This document shows, one piece after another, positions 50,101 through 62,534 of a stretch of 64,000 nt of DNA; the stretch's first letter is position 1, and each line of letters starts with the position of its first letter. Source of the DNA: Botryllus schlosseri (lineage: Eukaryota); NCBI GenBank assembly GCA_051294905.1, contig CM119372.1:5270001-5334000 (forward strand), written 5' to 3'. The notes beneath the pieces were generated by a model that was given only the letters and a program-made list of their open reading frames with translations, made no database searches and had not been told where the DNA came from. Position numbers and translations under genes: made by a program.

Positions 50101-52970
50101 TCGGAATGTCCAAATCCACTCGAGCAGACAATAAGAATCCATTTTGTACATGTTTGTCACCAACAGCTGTCAAATGATTGAACACTATTAGTTTTGAAAC
50201 AAACTGAATCCCCATTCCAGCGATACATAAAGGGTTATGTCACATAGGTTATTAGTCATTAACTTCGTGTACCCAGTACAACAAAATGATTTTCTTCAGG
50301 AGAGATATTCATTTATCCCACACGCACATTCACCAAGATCTCGCCATTGTGATATTACAGTTATCATGGAGCAATGTAGTAGCTGAATCTACTTGTGTAG
50401 TGGATTGTCACTTACTTTTGGTCGTTTTATTCGAAGACGCGTAAAAGATCGAACTCGCCGCAATTTTGCATGCTTCAAAAAGCAATACGTTGCGATAAGT
50501 TCGATGTCGGCAACTGATTTACTATAATTTAAATCGGAGCTTATATCCTACTAAGCACCTGATAATGCCGTCGACTTCCGATTTTAAATCCCCCACCTCT
50601 AATACACAAAACACATGTATGATGCCGAAAGGCCCGTGTGATCAGACAGCAAAGAGGATGCGAAGAACTTTAATCTTCGGACCGTGAGAAAGCTCGGATG
50701 CGTTGTATAAACACTTGAAAACCGTATCACCATAGTGATTACTGTAGAGATCTGCCATTCCTTATTAAATATGGTTAGAAAGAGCTTTGTTTGGATGCTT
50801 GTAATAAACATGCAAATCCCAAAGCCGTATTCGTGTTAAACTGTGACATTCCCACAAATTTGACATAATTTCTGGAGCGATGCATTTTTTAAAAATCTAT
50901 ACGTCATATCAGATTTGTCCCGTATACGTTGAGAAACATGTGACTGAAGTATAGATTTCAGCAAATATATCCACCCAAAATATATCCACTCCTAACCGAA
51001 TATTTTATAAGTTGTCTGCTATAAAATGTATTCATTGTCGGAAAGCCAAGTCCGACCAAACATGGCCTCGGAGAGCCGTTAGGCGGGAGTCGTCATAACG
51101 ACAAAAGCAACAGAGAAAGTTCCAAGTCCAGAAATAACCATCACTCGATTTCGAGAGCTCGAATACAAATGTTGCTTGAAACTGAGGATTAGTAGCACAG
51201 TAGATAATTTATAGGAAGTATATATCTTGTATCAGGACTGGATGTGGGACCTACGCATGTGCGCCTCAAGATTTTAATGTTATTACTGCTTCCGAAAAAC
51301 ATGATGCAGGAAAATGCATAGCCTACGTAGATTAGACTGGATTTGTTTTGGGGGATGTGGTCTGAAATGGGAATTATATCGAAGCGATGTCTTCAGCCAT
51401 CGTAAAATTCGAGCATCGCCGCTCTCGTCCTTTAAATTACGTCCCTAAATTTAAGAGTGGATATTGTTGATTCTGTTATCGTGACTAATACGGTACAAAC
51501 AAATTTACAATCCGCGCATTCCGCATCACAGATCCACAGTGCATTGTCCTCTCCTTCAATTGACAGACAAGTTTGAAGCAAGTTTTCTTCCATGTCATTA
51601 CGTTTTTTTCCGTATATTCAGTCGAAATTAGATTACTTACCGCGAATAGTTTACTGAATCCCTGCCCGGTTATGAACATGATCCATCGGTTTGTTTTGTT
51701 TGGTTCCGAGAAAAAATATGCGGGTAATAATTGAGCACCTGCCGATGCTTCTAACAATCAGCTCTCCCGTGCCGTAACACAAAATTACACCTCGAGGCTG
51801 ATTGCGAGGCGCTCGGGATTCCTGTTTTTCGGTCAGTCAGATTCCCGTCCGACAGCGATCGGTATGGAACGCTGGGTACTGCAATCGCCGAATATAACTG
51901 TATCAGTTAGAAATGCATTATTTATTTGTCGCGGGTAACCGGACCGACCATCGTAGTAACGCTGCTTATGGTTTGATGTCATCGGATAAACAGAATTGAG
52001 CATGAGACTTACGCTTGTAATCAGATCAGGAACGAAGTAGTTCATTGAGGGTTGTCAGGTACCGGCGTAATGGTGCGACCACAAGTTGCTGTTACCGATA
52101 GATGTTACCTCTTTCATTGGCCTATTCAATACTATAATAACTCGATTTTTATTTCATTTTTGCAACTTTGTTGCAGATATCTGAGTAGTATTTCGCCACT
52201 GTTATTGTTACTGTTATACGATTGATCAAATTCCAACACCTTGCGAAAGGATATGGCATCGACCAAATCGATATTTGGATGGGGCTCCTTGCTGTTTATT
52301 TTGCTCACGGTTCTAGGTGAGACGCAACAGTTAGATATGCAATTAGATTCGTGACTGTTGTGACCATTTACTCGTTTGCAGAGTCGTCGGCGTACCCGAG
52401 AGCTGTGCCTCGATATTCTGTGCAACGACTGTGCGCCTATTATTGTACTATTTACGATGGGGCATTGTATCCGCGATCTTGTGCTTCAATCAACAACTCA
52501 AGTAAGTCGGTTGTTCAGGCTTAAGTCAATGGTCAAGAGCCGAACGCAACTGAATGCATGTGATGTCATCGTCATAATCAGCAGTACTAGTATGTTTTGT
52601 TATCATCATGGTGTCACTGATATTGCTTTGTCGCCTTCCTCTTTTGTCCTTTGGGTCGTATTTGTTTGGTAAATCTCAGTGTGAATAGCAACGCAGACGT
52701 AAAGGAGCTCACCCTCCGAACGAAACTAGCTACAACCGAGATTCGAGCCTGCAATCGTTAGTTGATCGTAGGCCCGACCAGAATGAACAGTGAACGCCAA
52801 CAATATATGTTGATATATGTATATTTTGAGTTGTGTTAACTGCTATCCCCGTAGTCCCATGATTTTGAGTTAATTGTTCGAAAATCCAGGCCTCAGCTCT
52901 TCGCCAAATTTCCATCATGTAGGCTACTGTGCGTGATTTCACAATGGACATTGTACAATCGTCAATTGTG

Positions 52971-53360
52971 TAGGGTTACCATACGCCCTCTTTCAAGAGG
53001 ATTCGTCCTCTTTTTTGACTTTTTTGAAAGTGTCCTCGGACGACGCCCAAGTGTCCTATTTTTTGAGATTTTGTCCTCTTTTTTTGAAAATTTTTGTTAA
53101 ATGCACGTGGAAATTGAGACTGAGATGCAGGAAATCAGCGCTTCAGTAAAGGTGCGGCGGTCTTTTCGGGACTTGAGCTAGAAAAATGACCTTTTTTAGT
53201 CAACCAACGCAAGAAGCTCACAGAAAGTCGGTGTATCGGGAATTATGAGCCGGAGAGTTCACCTTTTTTTTAGTCAACCAACCACATACTTGGGAATAAT
53301 TTACCTTTTTTCCGGATTTAACTCCAGTATCGGAAGTCTGAAAATTTTGAAAAAGTCTCC
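52971..53360. mobile_element. Fragment of the Blackjack-like hAT MITE family
   Basis: TAGGGTTACCATACG followed by the reverse complement of the AAAAAGAGGAC repeats of 12795-13024. The far boundary is approximate. Confidence 0.55.
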
Positions 53361-55003
53361 CTCTTCAGATTCGCAAAATATGATAATAAGTCTACAATTG
53401 TGCATTTGTACATTGTACAAGCATGCCAATGGTCATAGTGTTGTGCTTGGAGTAAAAATTCGGACCTTCAACGACTGCGCATTAGCACGACCAACATAGC
53501 TGCGAACAATTTATGTTGATAACAATAACTATTATTATATATAACTGATATCCATCGTTATGTGAGTGGATCGTTCGTAAAACTAGTTCTTCTCCAAATT
53601 CCCATCCTGTACGAGCATATCAATTGTTACAGTTAGCGGTACGTCAACGACGAAGTGACCCAGCGTGAACTCGCGATATTACATGGACGAGGGCCAATTA
53701 CATGTTACTATTACGAAAACAGGCTCAGGTATTGGCCGGGCATGCGTTTTGGTGCATACGAGGGAAACTTCATTGACCGGACGTGCGTTTTGGCGCATAC
53801 GAAGGAAACTTTCTTTCTGACCTCATAGCGACCCTAGTAGACTGCTTTGTTTCCCAATCACGGTTACAGTTGGGGAGCTAGGCCCTTCCGAAAACGCGAA
53901 CACTGAACAATGAACAATTTGAACATGATCATCAACGCCTGAAAATGGCTAATTTCTTTTTGATAAATGGCAATGTTTTACATTTCTCAGTGGCGCAGTT
54001 GTACGCCTTGTGTTTATAGTTCAAGTAAAGTCACCTGGATTCCTTGGCGTGTCCTTTATGCGAAAATGCAATATAACGATAGACTCGACCAATAATATCG
54101 AACGGGACGAGATAATTCGAATTGAAACAACATGCATCAACATTCCTCCTCAACTTTACGAAACCGTGGAGCTGTAATACATGCATACCATACAAGGCCT
54201 CGCACCAAGTAGTGGTACAGAGAAGAATATCTTCCGCCAATTAGTTACACAATCTTTCGACGGGTCCGCTCCTTCGTCATATAATAACAATGACAATATA
54301 ACGTTATATTCATTACTTGGAACCGGCTTGACATCATTCAAGGTGCGAGGCCTTCATGGCATCATAGTGATAGAATGAATTAGTTTCTCCCGCTCACATA
54401 ACGTGCTCTGACGTCGTCGGTGTCAGTAATATGCTTATTGCATGTTTAATACATTTTTGTACCTAATATTTACGTTCTTCCGTTTCCATTTAGATTTCAT
54501 CCGAATATGTAGATTCTGCCGGTATCGCATGGGATGTCATTACGCTACGGGGTTTCACTGAGTCTTTGCAATAGTAGTCGGGTGTCGTCGATTATTTTAT
54601 GTGATTATTGGGAATTTCTTTACTCTGGTAAGGATCCTATACCCTTCCACGAACTGTAACTGTCAAGATCTAACACCAACGGCTATATGTTTTCGCCAAC
54701 CTGCTCACTCTCTACCGAGTCGGAAGTGCGGTGCGCTACGCAGTATTCGTGAAGACCAAAAGACAGTGAACATTCGACTACAAATCTTTACCCGTCTGAA
54801 GCAGTCCTGCACGGCCGTCGTCAATCGATTATGTGACGAGACCACAGCGAATTCGTCGACTGTATCAAATATTTGTGTTCGCTGTTCGTATGTGTCTAAT
54901 TGTCTATGTTACCGTTGTAAGCATGAAGAAATCACACCATATATATTGCAGTTTCAGTTTTTGGCCGATAATAAGCTATACTATAAGCTTGCTTTATATA
55001 TCG

Positions 55004-58000
55004 TCACTCCTCTCTTAAATCGACAGGCTCCTTGTATCCACTGTCGACGCTGAGCGTTGAATCCGTTCGTTTTGGGGTTTGATTCGGTGAATACAACCCT
55101 GTACTCTTTTTCTGGTGTTTGTTATTATTGAAAACGTCGTTGCCCAAGGGCGAGTGTTTGACGTTGGGTAGCTTGGAGGGGTCTTCGGATAGCTCTTCGG
55201 CTATCGTCGCTAGCTCAAGGTCTATGGGGTGCTGTATCCTCGCGTTTTCTTGAGCAGCATCCAACAGCTCGGTGTGTTTTGATTCCGCGTTCTCGATATC
55301 GTTTCGGTAGTCCTCGTCGGTGAACGAATCGATGTCGCTAGTGTCGCAGCTGCCGGAGGTTTCGCTGGTTTCCTTGTAGACTTTGATCTGTCTCGAGCAG
55401 AATTTCTCGGGAGACAGATGATTCTCGTCTGAGTCCTGGAGGCTTCGTGCGGAAGAGTCGCCGTCGGAAGTGCTGCTGCTACTGTCAGTCTCTGCGTGGT
55501 CATCATTCGCGTCGGGATGAATCGGGGCCGTGATGCGTATGGAAGGCGGCTGTAAATATTGAAATTCTATGTCTGGAGCAGTGATCTTCAACACGGCGGT
55601 GTACAGGAATGAAATACGCAACGTATGATTGATGCGTTAAATAGATGAACTCCTGATGCAAACCGTATTGTATAAATATGCCCGTGGATTTAAGAAGGGG
55701 AAGAATAAGATCTTGTAACATGTCTACTGTATATGGGACGGACTACTAGAATTATCGGTATCCGGAAACCCAATCATCCGTTTCTCAATTGAATTTAAGT
55801 CTGTAACTAAGATTTACCTGATATGAATCCTCGTATGGTTGAAAAAGTCAAGATCTAATAAATTTACGAATACTAGTGATAGACCTATTTGTACTGCCTA
55901 TATGTGTAGACCCGCGCTCTGCACGAATATCAGGATGAAACACACGCTTTGGCTGCACAAAAATGCATGCCACACTTGTGCGATACGATTGACTTTTGAT
56001 TAATCGGTGGCTTACGCGTTTTGTCAAGGGAATAGCCTTCTCTTTCATGATTGCAAACTTGACGCAGGTTTCGGCATTAGGATTCTGTTGTACATCTCGC
56101 GTCGAGCTCCATTTCGTTTCGCCCTCCAGACACATTCCAGTGAAAACAGGTGGCGTTAGGATATCTTGCGGTACTTCGTCGGTAGAGGTTCCTTAATTGA
56201 GTTCGAGAGGTTCAGATACAGGTTCACACGTACGGCCATTACGTATTTCCAATACATGAGTCATCCACAGGGTTTACTGATACATTGCTCGGGCAGTGAC
56301 CCCGATCGAAGGCATATTAGCATATTCTATGGATGGGGTCTGGGTTACATTTTTGAGTCGGGTCAAAAGTGGTACAATAGCAAAATTCAGGCGGGTGGTG
56401 ATCCTCACACACCACACGAATAAGTCGTGATCGACCGTACGCTAAATGACTACGATCTAGTTGTTGCGAAATTTTGACTCCTTACAAACAGGTAAGCTAT
56501 ATAATCTTGGTGGGATAGATCCGCAGATGCCTACATTTGAGTGTGCGCATCACTATTGGTATCTCAGCATCGACTGTATTCTCTCAGCTCTGAGGAGTGG
56601 CATGTGGTATATAGATGTTTGCCAATATATCGCTAAATAGCGTATACGCGTCTATATTGCATTACCTGGCAGGGCAATTGACAGATCGAGTTTTATGTTG
56701 CATTGACTTAAATCGGGAATGTTTTCTTCATCCGTCGAGTCAATAGTAATCTACAAAGGACGAGTTGCTGTCGTAAATCGAAAAATAATAACCTGTTAAA
56801 CGCGTCTTACTTGCATCGAAGTGCCTAACGGCATGGCGTCGGGCGGAATTATGATTTCTTTTTTGCAGGGGAGGTGTATTATGCCATTGCCGCCACCGCC
56901 AGCAAATTTCTGAAGGTAAGAGTTTCCTCTTGACAAACGCCTGCGGAACGCATTCAACTGTGAGTTGCTGACGGACTAGATGCTTCCCGTTACGCATCAA
57001 GCCACAAACCTGTCACTTCCCGACAATTTCGTTCGGCGCGGATATATTACCCGAGGATTGTCGTGGTTTCCATTGGACGCAGAGTCGGTTACGTCTATTT
57101 CTAGGTGGCCGTTTATTGATCGCTGATTATTAAGCCAGTTCTGTACGGAAGTTGATGATCGCATCGACGGAGAACACATCAATAAAGTATCTTCCCTGGC
57201 TACAACATCTGACATCTGCACCGTTCTCTCTGTAACAGAAGTAGAATAATCATGAAATCATGGTATCTGTCTTGGACTCTTAAGGGTGATGACGGGACCG
57301 ATAGTTTATCAAATCAATCTGATATCAATAACGCGACGTTCAGACGTATGTTTTGGCTGAGGCTTACTAGATATCATAGTCAAATCATCGTCATCGTCAT
57401 CTTGATATCGATCTCGCGTTACGTAGTGTTATTAAAAGGCACAAAAATGAACACCGCGGTAGCCAGCGACCCATTTGCTGAGTTTCGGTTTCGGGTGTTA
57501 TCACTGGATGTCACTGCCTCGTCACTGCATGCCTATGTCATCATGTTTTTGTTTAAGTTTCTCTTGCTCTAAATTTGATGCCATCTGTACCATTTAGTGT
57601 AGGCCTATATGAGGTGTACCGACATTTTATGACTATTTTAAATCGGTTCGATCATTTCAGTCTATAAGATTGCGTGAGGTTCTAGATTCCGATCACTTAT
57701 CCTAGCACAAACATTGTCAATCAATATATTCATCTAATTACGCGTAAATGTAAATAAGGATTAAAAATCGTAAGCGGCCTTGTTATTTCGTGTAATGATA
57801 ACACCCTGTTGCTGTTATTAATCCCAATAATCCGCAAGACACGTAATGGTCTCCTACCCATCAAATCATGCTCTTCCCCCTGCAGCAATAGTTTAATATC
57901 CTCTGTAGCAGCGACATCTGACGGACGGTGGCCGTTGTTGTCTCGAAGACGAACCTGCATAATATGGTATGCTGTCATGGTGAAGCGGCATTTAATAGTG

Positions 58001-60174
58001 TTTTTATTCGTGATTTTATTTACCTTTGCGTTGAACTTCAACAGCAGCAAAACGGCATTATTGGACGTTTCGGCCGCAACGTGTAGAGGTGTCTGGCCTG
58101 AACGGATGTTAGTAAGCGACATTAGGCCGTGTCATGACTTAGGCCTACTTACGCAATTCGCAGAATACACGTACCCAGACGGTTTTTCAGATTAGGGTTA
58201 GCTCCGAAACGCAGTAGGATACCGGGAATCAACGGATCAATTCCTCTCCTCATTGCACACGCGTGTAAAGGCGTGTCACCATCGATGTTGCACATATCGG
58301 GATTGGCACCGCTTTTCAGCAGCCATTCAATTGCCTTCAGATCGCAGCCCGTCATGACGGCGCTGTAAATGAATATATGTAATCCATGTACTTGAGCAAG
58401 CATTCGAACCTCATTGCTAAAACCGACAGCGTTATGATCTGCGTAAGGGGTGTCTTAAAAATGCCTTGGACGAAAGTGGTCTGTGCTACAACCTACAAGT
58501 GGCAGATCAGGAATTATTAAGAAGTAATACCGGGCCGGTGTAAATGACCATATTAGTCGAAATACCATGAAAATACCAAAACAACAACAGAGTTATGCTT
58601 GTTACTACAAAGTACAATCTACAGCGCAGTCTCGCGACAAATATTACAGAAGGCATCATTTTATACTAAAAAGTAATTTAGCGATTGGTCCGTTGCCACG
58701 CTGTGACAGAACATAGTGATGCTTCGGTACCGGGTGACATCTTTTGAGGCGGTGGCTTTTCGGGCATATTAACTATCTGTTATATTGTTTGTGAACTATC
58801 CTGTTCATCGTATTGAGGCCGGGATCTTAGTTATTATCCCCCACTGTTCTTCCGACATCCGTCCTACGCCTACAGCGGTATACGTTGGGTGGAGTGTCGC
58901 CCTTGCGGCAGAATATGGCCTGATGCGGCATGACTTGATTATATCAATCGATATGCGCTACCAATTAGGCTATTGGTACATGTCAATAATTCCAACTACT
59001 GGACATAATAAAGTTCATCTGTCCCGTTTGTTCGATAGCTTGTTCCACAGTATAGCTTGTTTCATACTTCATCATTGTGAATTCTATATAGTGATGGACA
59101 GAGATGTGGAAATTATGTGCATGAATCGTGAATGGAACTCCCGGTTTATTGCATGGATTTCATCGCAATTCAATATTTTTAAATAAACATTAATCAGCAC
59201 TTATATATTTAGTGATAGTGTTCAGATAATGCGAATCGCTTACGAAACTTCGCAAACTCATCATATATTAAATCGTGAACCTGAATAAAGGAGTCTCCCC
59301 GCGATCATTTTGGAGATTTATGTTTGGTCTGAAGTTCAGCAATATTGCAAGGGTCTGGTCGTTGTTATGGAACATCGAGACGTAGTGCAACGCCGAATCT
59401 CCGTGCGAATCTTGCTCATCTGAAACACATCGCAGAAAGTTTATTATTATGCACTCAAGAATCATCTGGCTCGGGGATCCAGAAGCTAGGTGTTTGCTGG
59501 ATTCTCTGAAGATGTAATTAAGCATATTGTGATCGCCTGGAAATCAACTCACAGTAGGCCTACTCTGACTTTCTCGAGTGTATATGTCGTGTATCTGTAA
59601 ACGTGATGCCTGTTATTTTAGTGACAATTGTTCTTTTATGCCTGTGCAAATTTGTTGTGAGAATACAGTGATGTTTAGATGTATTTACGACATTTAAGGT
59701 ATAATGGTCACGATCGAAGACTCTTCTATTGCAACAATATCTTTAATTCTTCTTGGGTAGCATTGGTGGTGTAGGTCCCTTCCCCACGAAATAGCATCTA
59801 TCGTAAGTAGACTCACCCACATCTGAGATGCGACTCAGTACGTATTGCAGTGCTCTGATGTTATTTTTTCTGCTTGCTGCCCGGTGCAGAGCATTCATCT
59901 TCAACTCTCTGGCTGTAGTCGTCGACGTGGCAATTGAGGATCTTCTCTCTGTCGGAATGTCGGCGGCCAGCGAATTAACCGAGGATCCGAAGCCGCCTCT
60001 TTCTGATTGAAGCTCCGGTTTTATGCATTGGGGCTTTTGAATATGTCCAATCTCAATATGTCTGTTCAGATCGCCGCCTTTCTTGACGTATTTCTGCAGC
60101 TGTTTGAGGTCTCCCTTCTCTGCAGCCTCGTGCAGACGTTTGTTGATTTCATCATTGGATAAAGAATTTCCCAT
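55004..60174 (-). CDS. Ankyrin-repeat protein (6 repeats) with a ZU5-like domain and acidic tail; predicted N-myristoylation
   Basis: Phase-consistent exons: 60174-59817, 59419-59281, 58362-58175, 58097-58024, 57954-57858, 57229-57010, 56940-56811, 56750-56666. Less certain: 56191-56016 and 55549-55004; one or two further small exons are possible at 56350-56580. Repeat cores: LHEAAEKGD, NALHRAAS, GDSALHY, GETPLFSAV, GDTPLHAC, GQTPLHVAA. The N-terminus is MGNSLS. GGGGNGIIHLPCKKEIIIPPDAMPLGTSMQITI resembles a ZU5 start. The ankyrin call is firm; the ZU5 call is about 0.5. Confidence 0.85.
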
Positions 60175-61320
60175 AGCAATTTATATAGGCTATTATATAT
60201 ATAACCTATATCGATACAAATGAATAACCATCCCGCCAATGTAAACTGTGCAATGACTCGGAACTGCTGAAAATTGTCAACATATAAATCGATCGTAAAT
60301 AACAAAGCAAGGACTTTAATCATAACTATCTTTACATTGCGATTGATACGCAATTGACGATCAGAAACTTAGATAAGCCTTGCCCTCAGTGCTGGGCGCT
60401 CTGTGTGTTGGGAACTTGGGATTAGATAGAAACTTCCCAGTTCTAAACACGAACACAGTCAACATTGTGAGAGTACATTTCCGAATTTTCAAAGGCTTTA
60501 TAACTTTATCATAGAATCACAATAGAATTTCATCGCGGTACATAATTTGACAATTGCAACGAACAATACATCCATATTGGTAGTTACATATTATACCATA
60601 TAATATAGACAATCTGTATACTATATTAGTATTATTGTTTACGCGCATACCACTCCCGAATAGTATTGTTTTTCTGCCATTCTTTCGGCACCATTGTTAT
60701 TACCTCGCCGTCAAATTTCGAATTCTGATTATCAGCATGCACTTACGGTCGCTCAATAGGAGAGGCAGTTCTAAAGCTTGTCATGATTACGTCACAACGA
60801 CAAAATTCTTTTTGTATTTCGAATTTGGTTAACCTCATTTACTGACGTTCGCTCCTGATGAGAGTCAGTCGAACAGCTTCGAGTGGAATAAATTTGGCAA
60901 TATGAACGTATTGTTTTCGCGGTAATATTGAAGTTCTGTACTTCCAAAAGCTTATTAAGAGCTTAAGGTGAATAGATACAACAATATGAATGTATTATTC
61001 GCTTCAAGAATGACTATAGCAGTTCTCTCTCCACGTGATTAATACTATGCCACCAATCCTTACTTAGCGCCTTATACGCTGGTAGCTAACCCACACGTTG
61101 GAGTGAAAGTGTGTCTCTATCCAGGGTCCACCACACGGAAGCATAATATGGAACCATAAATTATTACAGTGATTCTAGCACCTCGTCGACAATCGGAAAT
61201 TAAAACCACTCAATACTTACGACATATTCTGGACATGGGGATAGTGAAAACGCGAAAGTTGTAAACATCACATCCAACTCCTTTACATGCATGGGTGCAG
61301 ATAACCCGTAATGATTTCAC

Positions 61321-61936
61321 CATAGTGTCCTATATGGTGTCGACACAAGCAAATCGCACGGTTCAATGAAATTGTATCACGTCACAGTTTCCATTTGGCT
61401 ACAGGCAATTTGACGGTGATTTTTGACCGACTTGCCGAGCATCAAATTTGATAAAACGGGTATCAATCGAAAGCTGCCGCCGTACTTATTACGAAAATAT
61501 AAATTTTATTCCGCTCGCGGCCCTGGAACCCCCACAATCAGCCTCTAATTTTTCATTGTTATGGAGATTGGCATTGGGACGCAACAATGCTGTCTGGCGA
61601 AACGACAGACGCAACAATACTGTCTGGCTCCCTTTTTCTCGAGCACCTGTCTCGTTTCGCTAGACAGCATTGTTGCGTCCCAATGCCAATCTCCATAACA
61701 ATGAAAAATTAGAGGCTGATTGTGGGGGTTCCAGGGCCGCGAGCGGAATAAAATTTATATTTTCGTAATCAGTACGGCGGCAGCTTTCGATTGATACCCG
61801 TTTTATCAAATTTGATGCTCGGCAAGTCGGTCAAAAATCACCGTCAAATTGCCTGTAGCCAAATGGAAACTGTGACGTGATACAATTTCATTGAACCGTG
61901 CGATTTGCTTGTGTCGACACCATATAGGACACTATG
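61321..61936. mobile_element. 616-bp foldback MITE A with P-superfamily-like termini
   Basis: About 285-bp near-perfect inverted arms. Termini CATAGTGTCCTATATGGTG / CACCATATAGGACACTATG. Flanked by ATTTCAC at 61314-61320 and 61937-61943 (7-bp TSD). Confidence 0.9.
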
Positions 61937-61943
61937 ATTTCAC

Positions 61944-62534
61944 TATAGAAATTAAACATGGAACGGCAACGACCGATTTTGCAGCTTCGTTCCGCTTCGC
62001 TGAGGCTGGAATGGAGAATTGTTTTGCGTAAGCGACTGTAGGATTTCTGGCAATCCAAAAGCTATCTTCCCGAGCGCAGAAATTACTGAATCTGGTCTTG
62101 ATCGAAAGCTACTGTTGCACCGATTCCGAAAATATAGAATAAAATATTGATCAGGCACTGATCCACCTAGAATCTGTCCTCCAAGTCTGAAATATCGGCA
62201 TTGTTCAGAACAATCGGGTAACCGCAATACAATGGCCATAACAATGACCCGTTGCGACTCTCCGATTGTTCGAACAATGCCGATATTTCAGACTTGGAGG
62301 ACGGATTCTAGGTGGATCAGTGCCTGATCATTATTTTAATTTATATTTTTGCAATCTGTGCAACGGTAGCTTTCGATCAAGACCAGATTCAATAATTTAT
62401 GCGCTCGGGAAGATAGATTTTGGATTGCCAGAAATCCTACAGTCGCTTACGCAAAACAATTCTCCACTCCAGCCTCAGCGAAGCGGAACGAAGCTGCAAA
62501 ATCGGTCGTTGCCGTTCCATGTTTAATTTCTATA
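61944..62534. mobile_element. 591-bp foldback MITE B, directly adjacent to MITE A
   Basis: About 270-bp inverted arms. Termini TATAGAAATTAAACATGG / CCATGTTTAATTTCTATA. Flanked by ATTTCAC at 61937-61943 and 62535-62541. Confidence 0.9.

Noticed and set aside
54156-54341. Short ORF with ankyrin-like LLLYDEGADP
   Set aside because: No TPLH motif, no supporting splice sites, and it lies downstream of the ankyrin gene stop.
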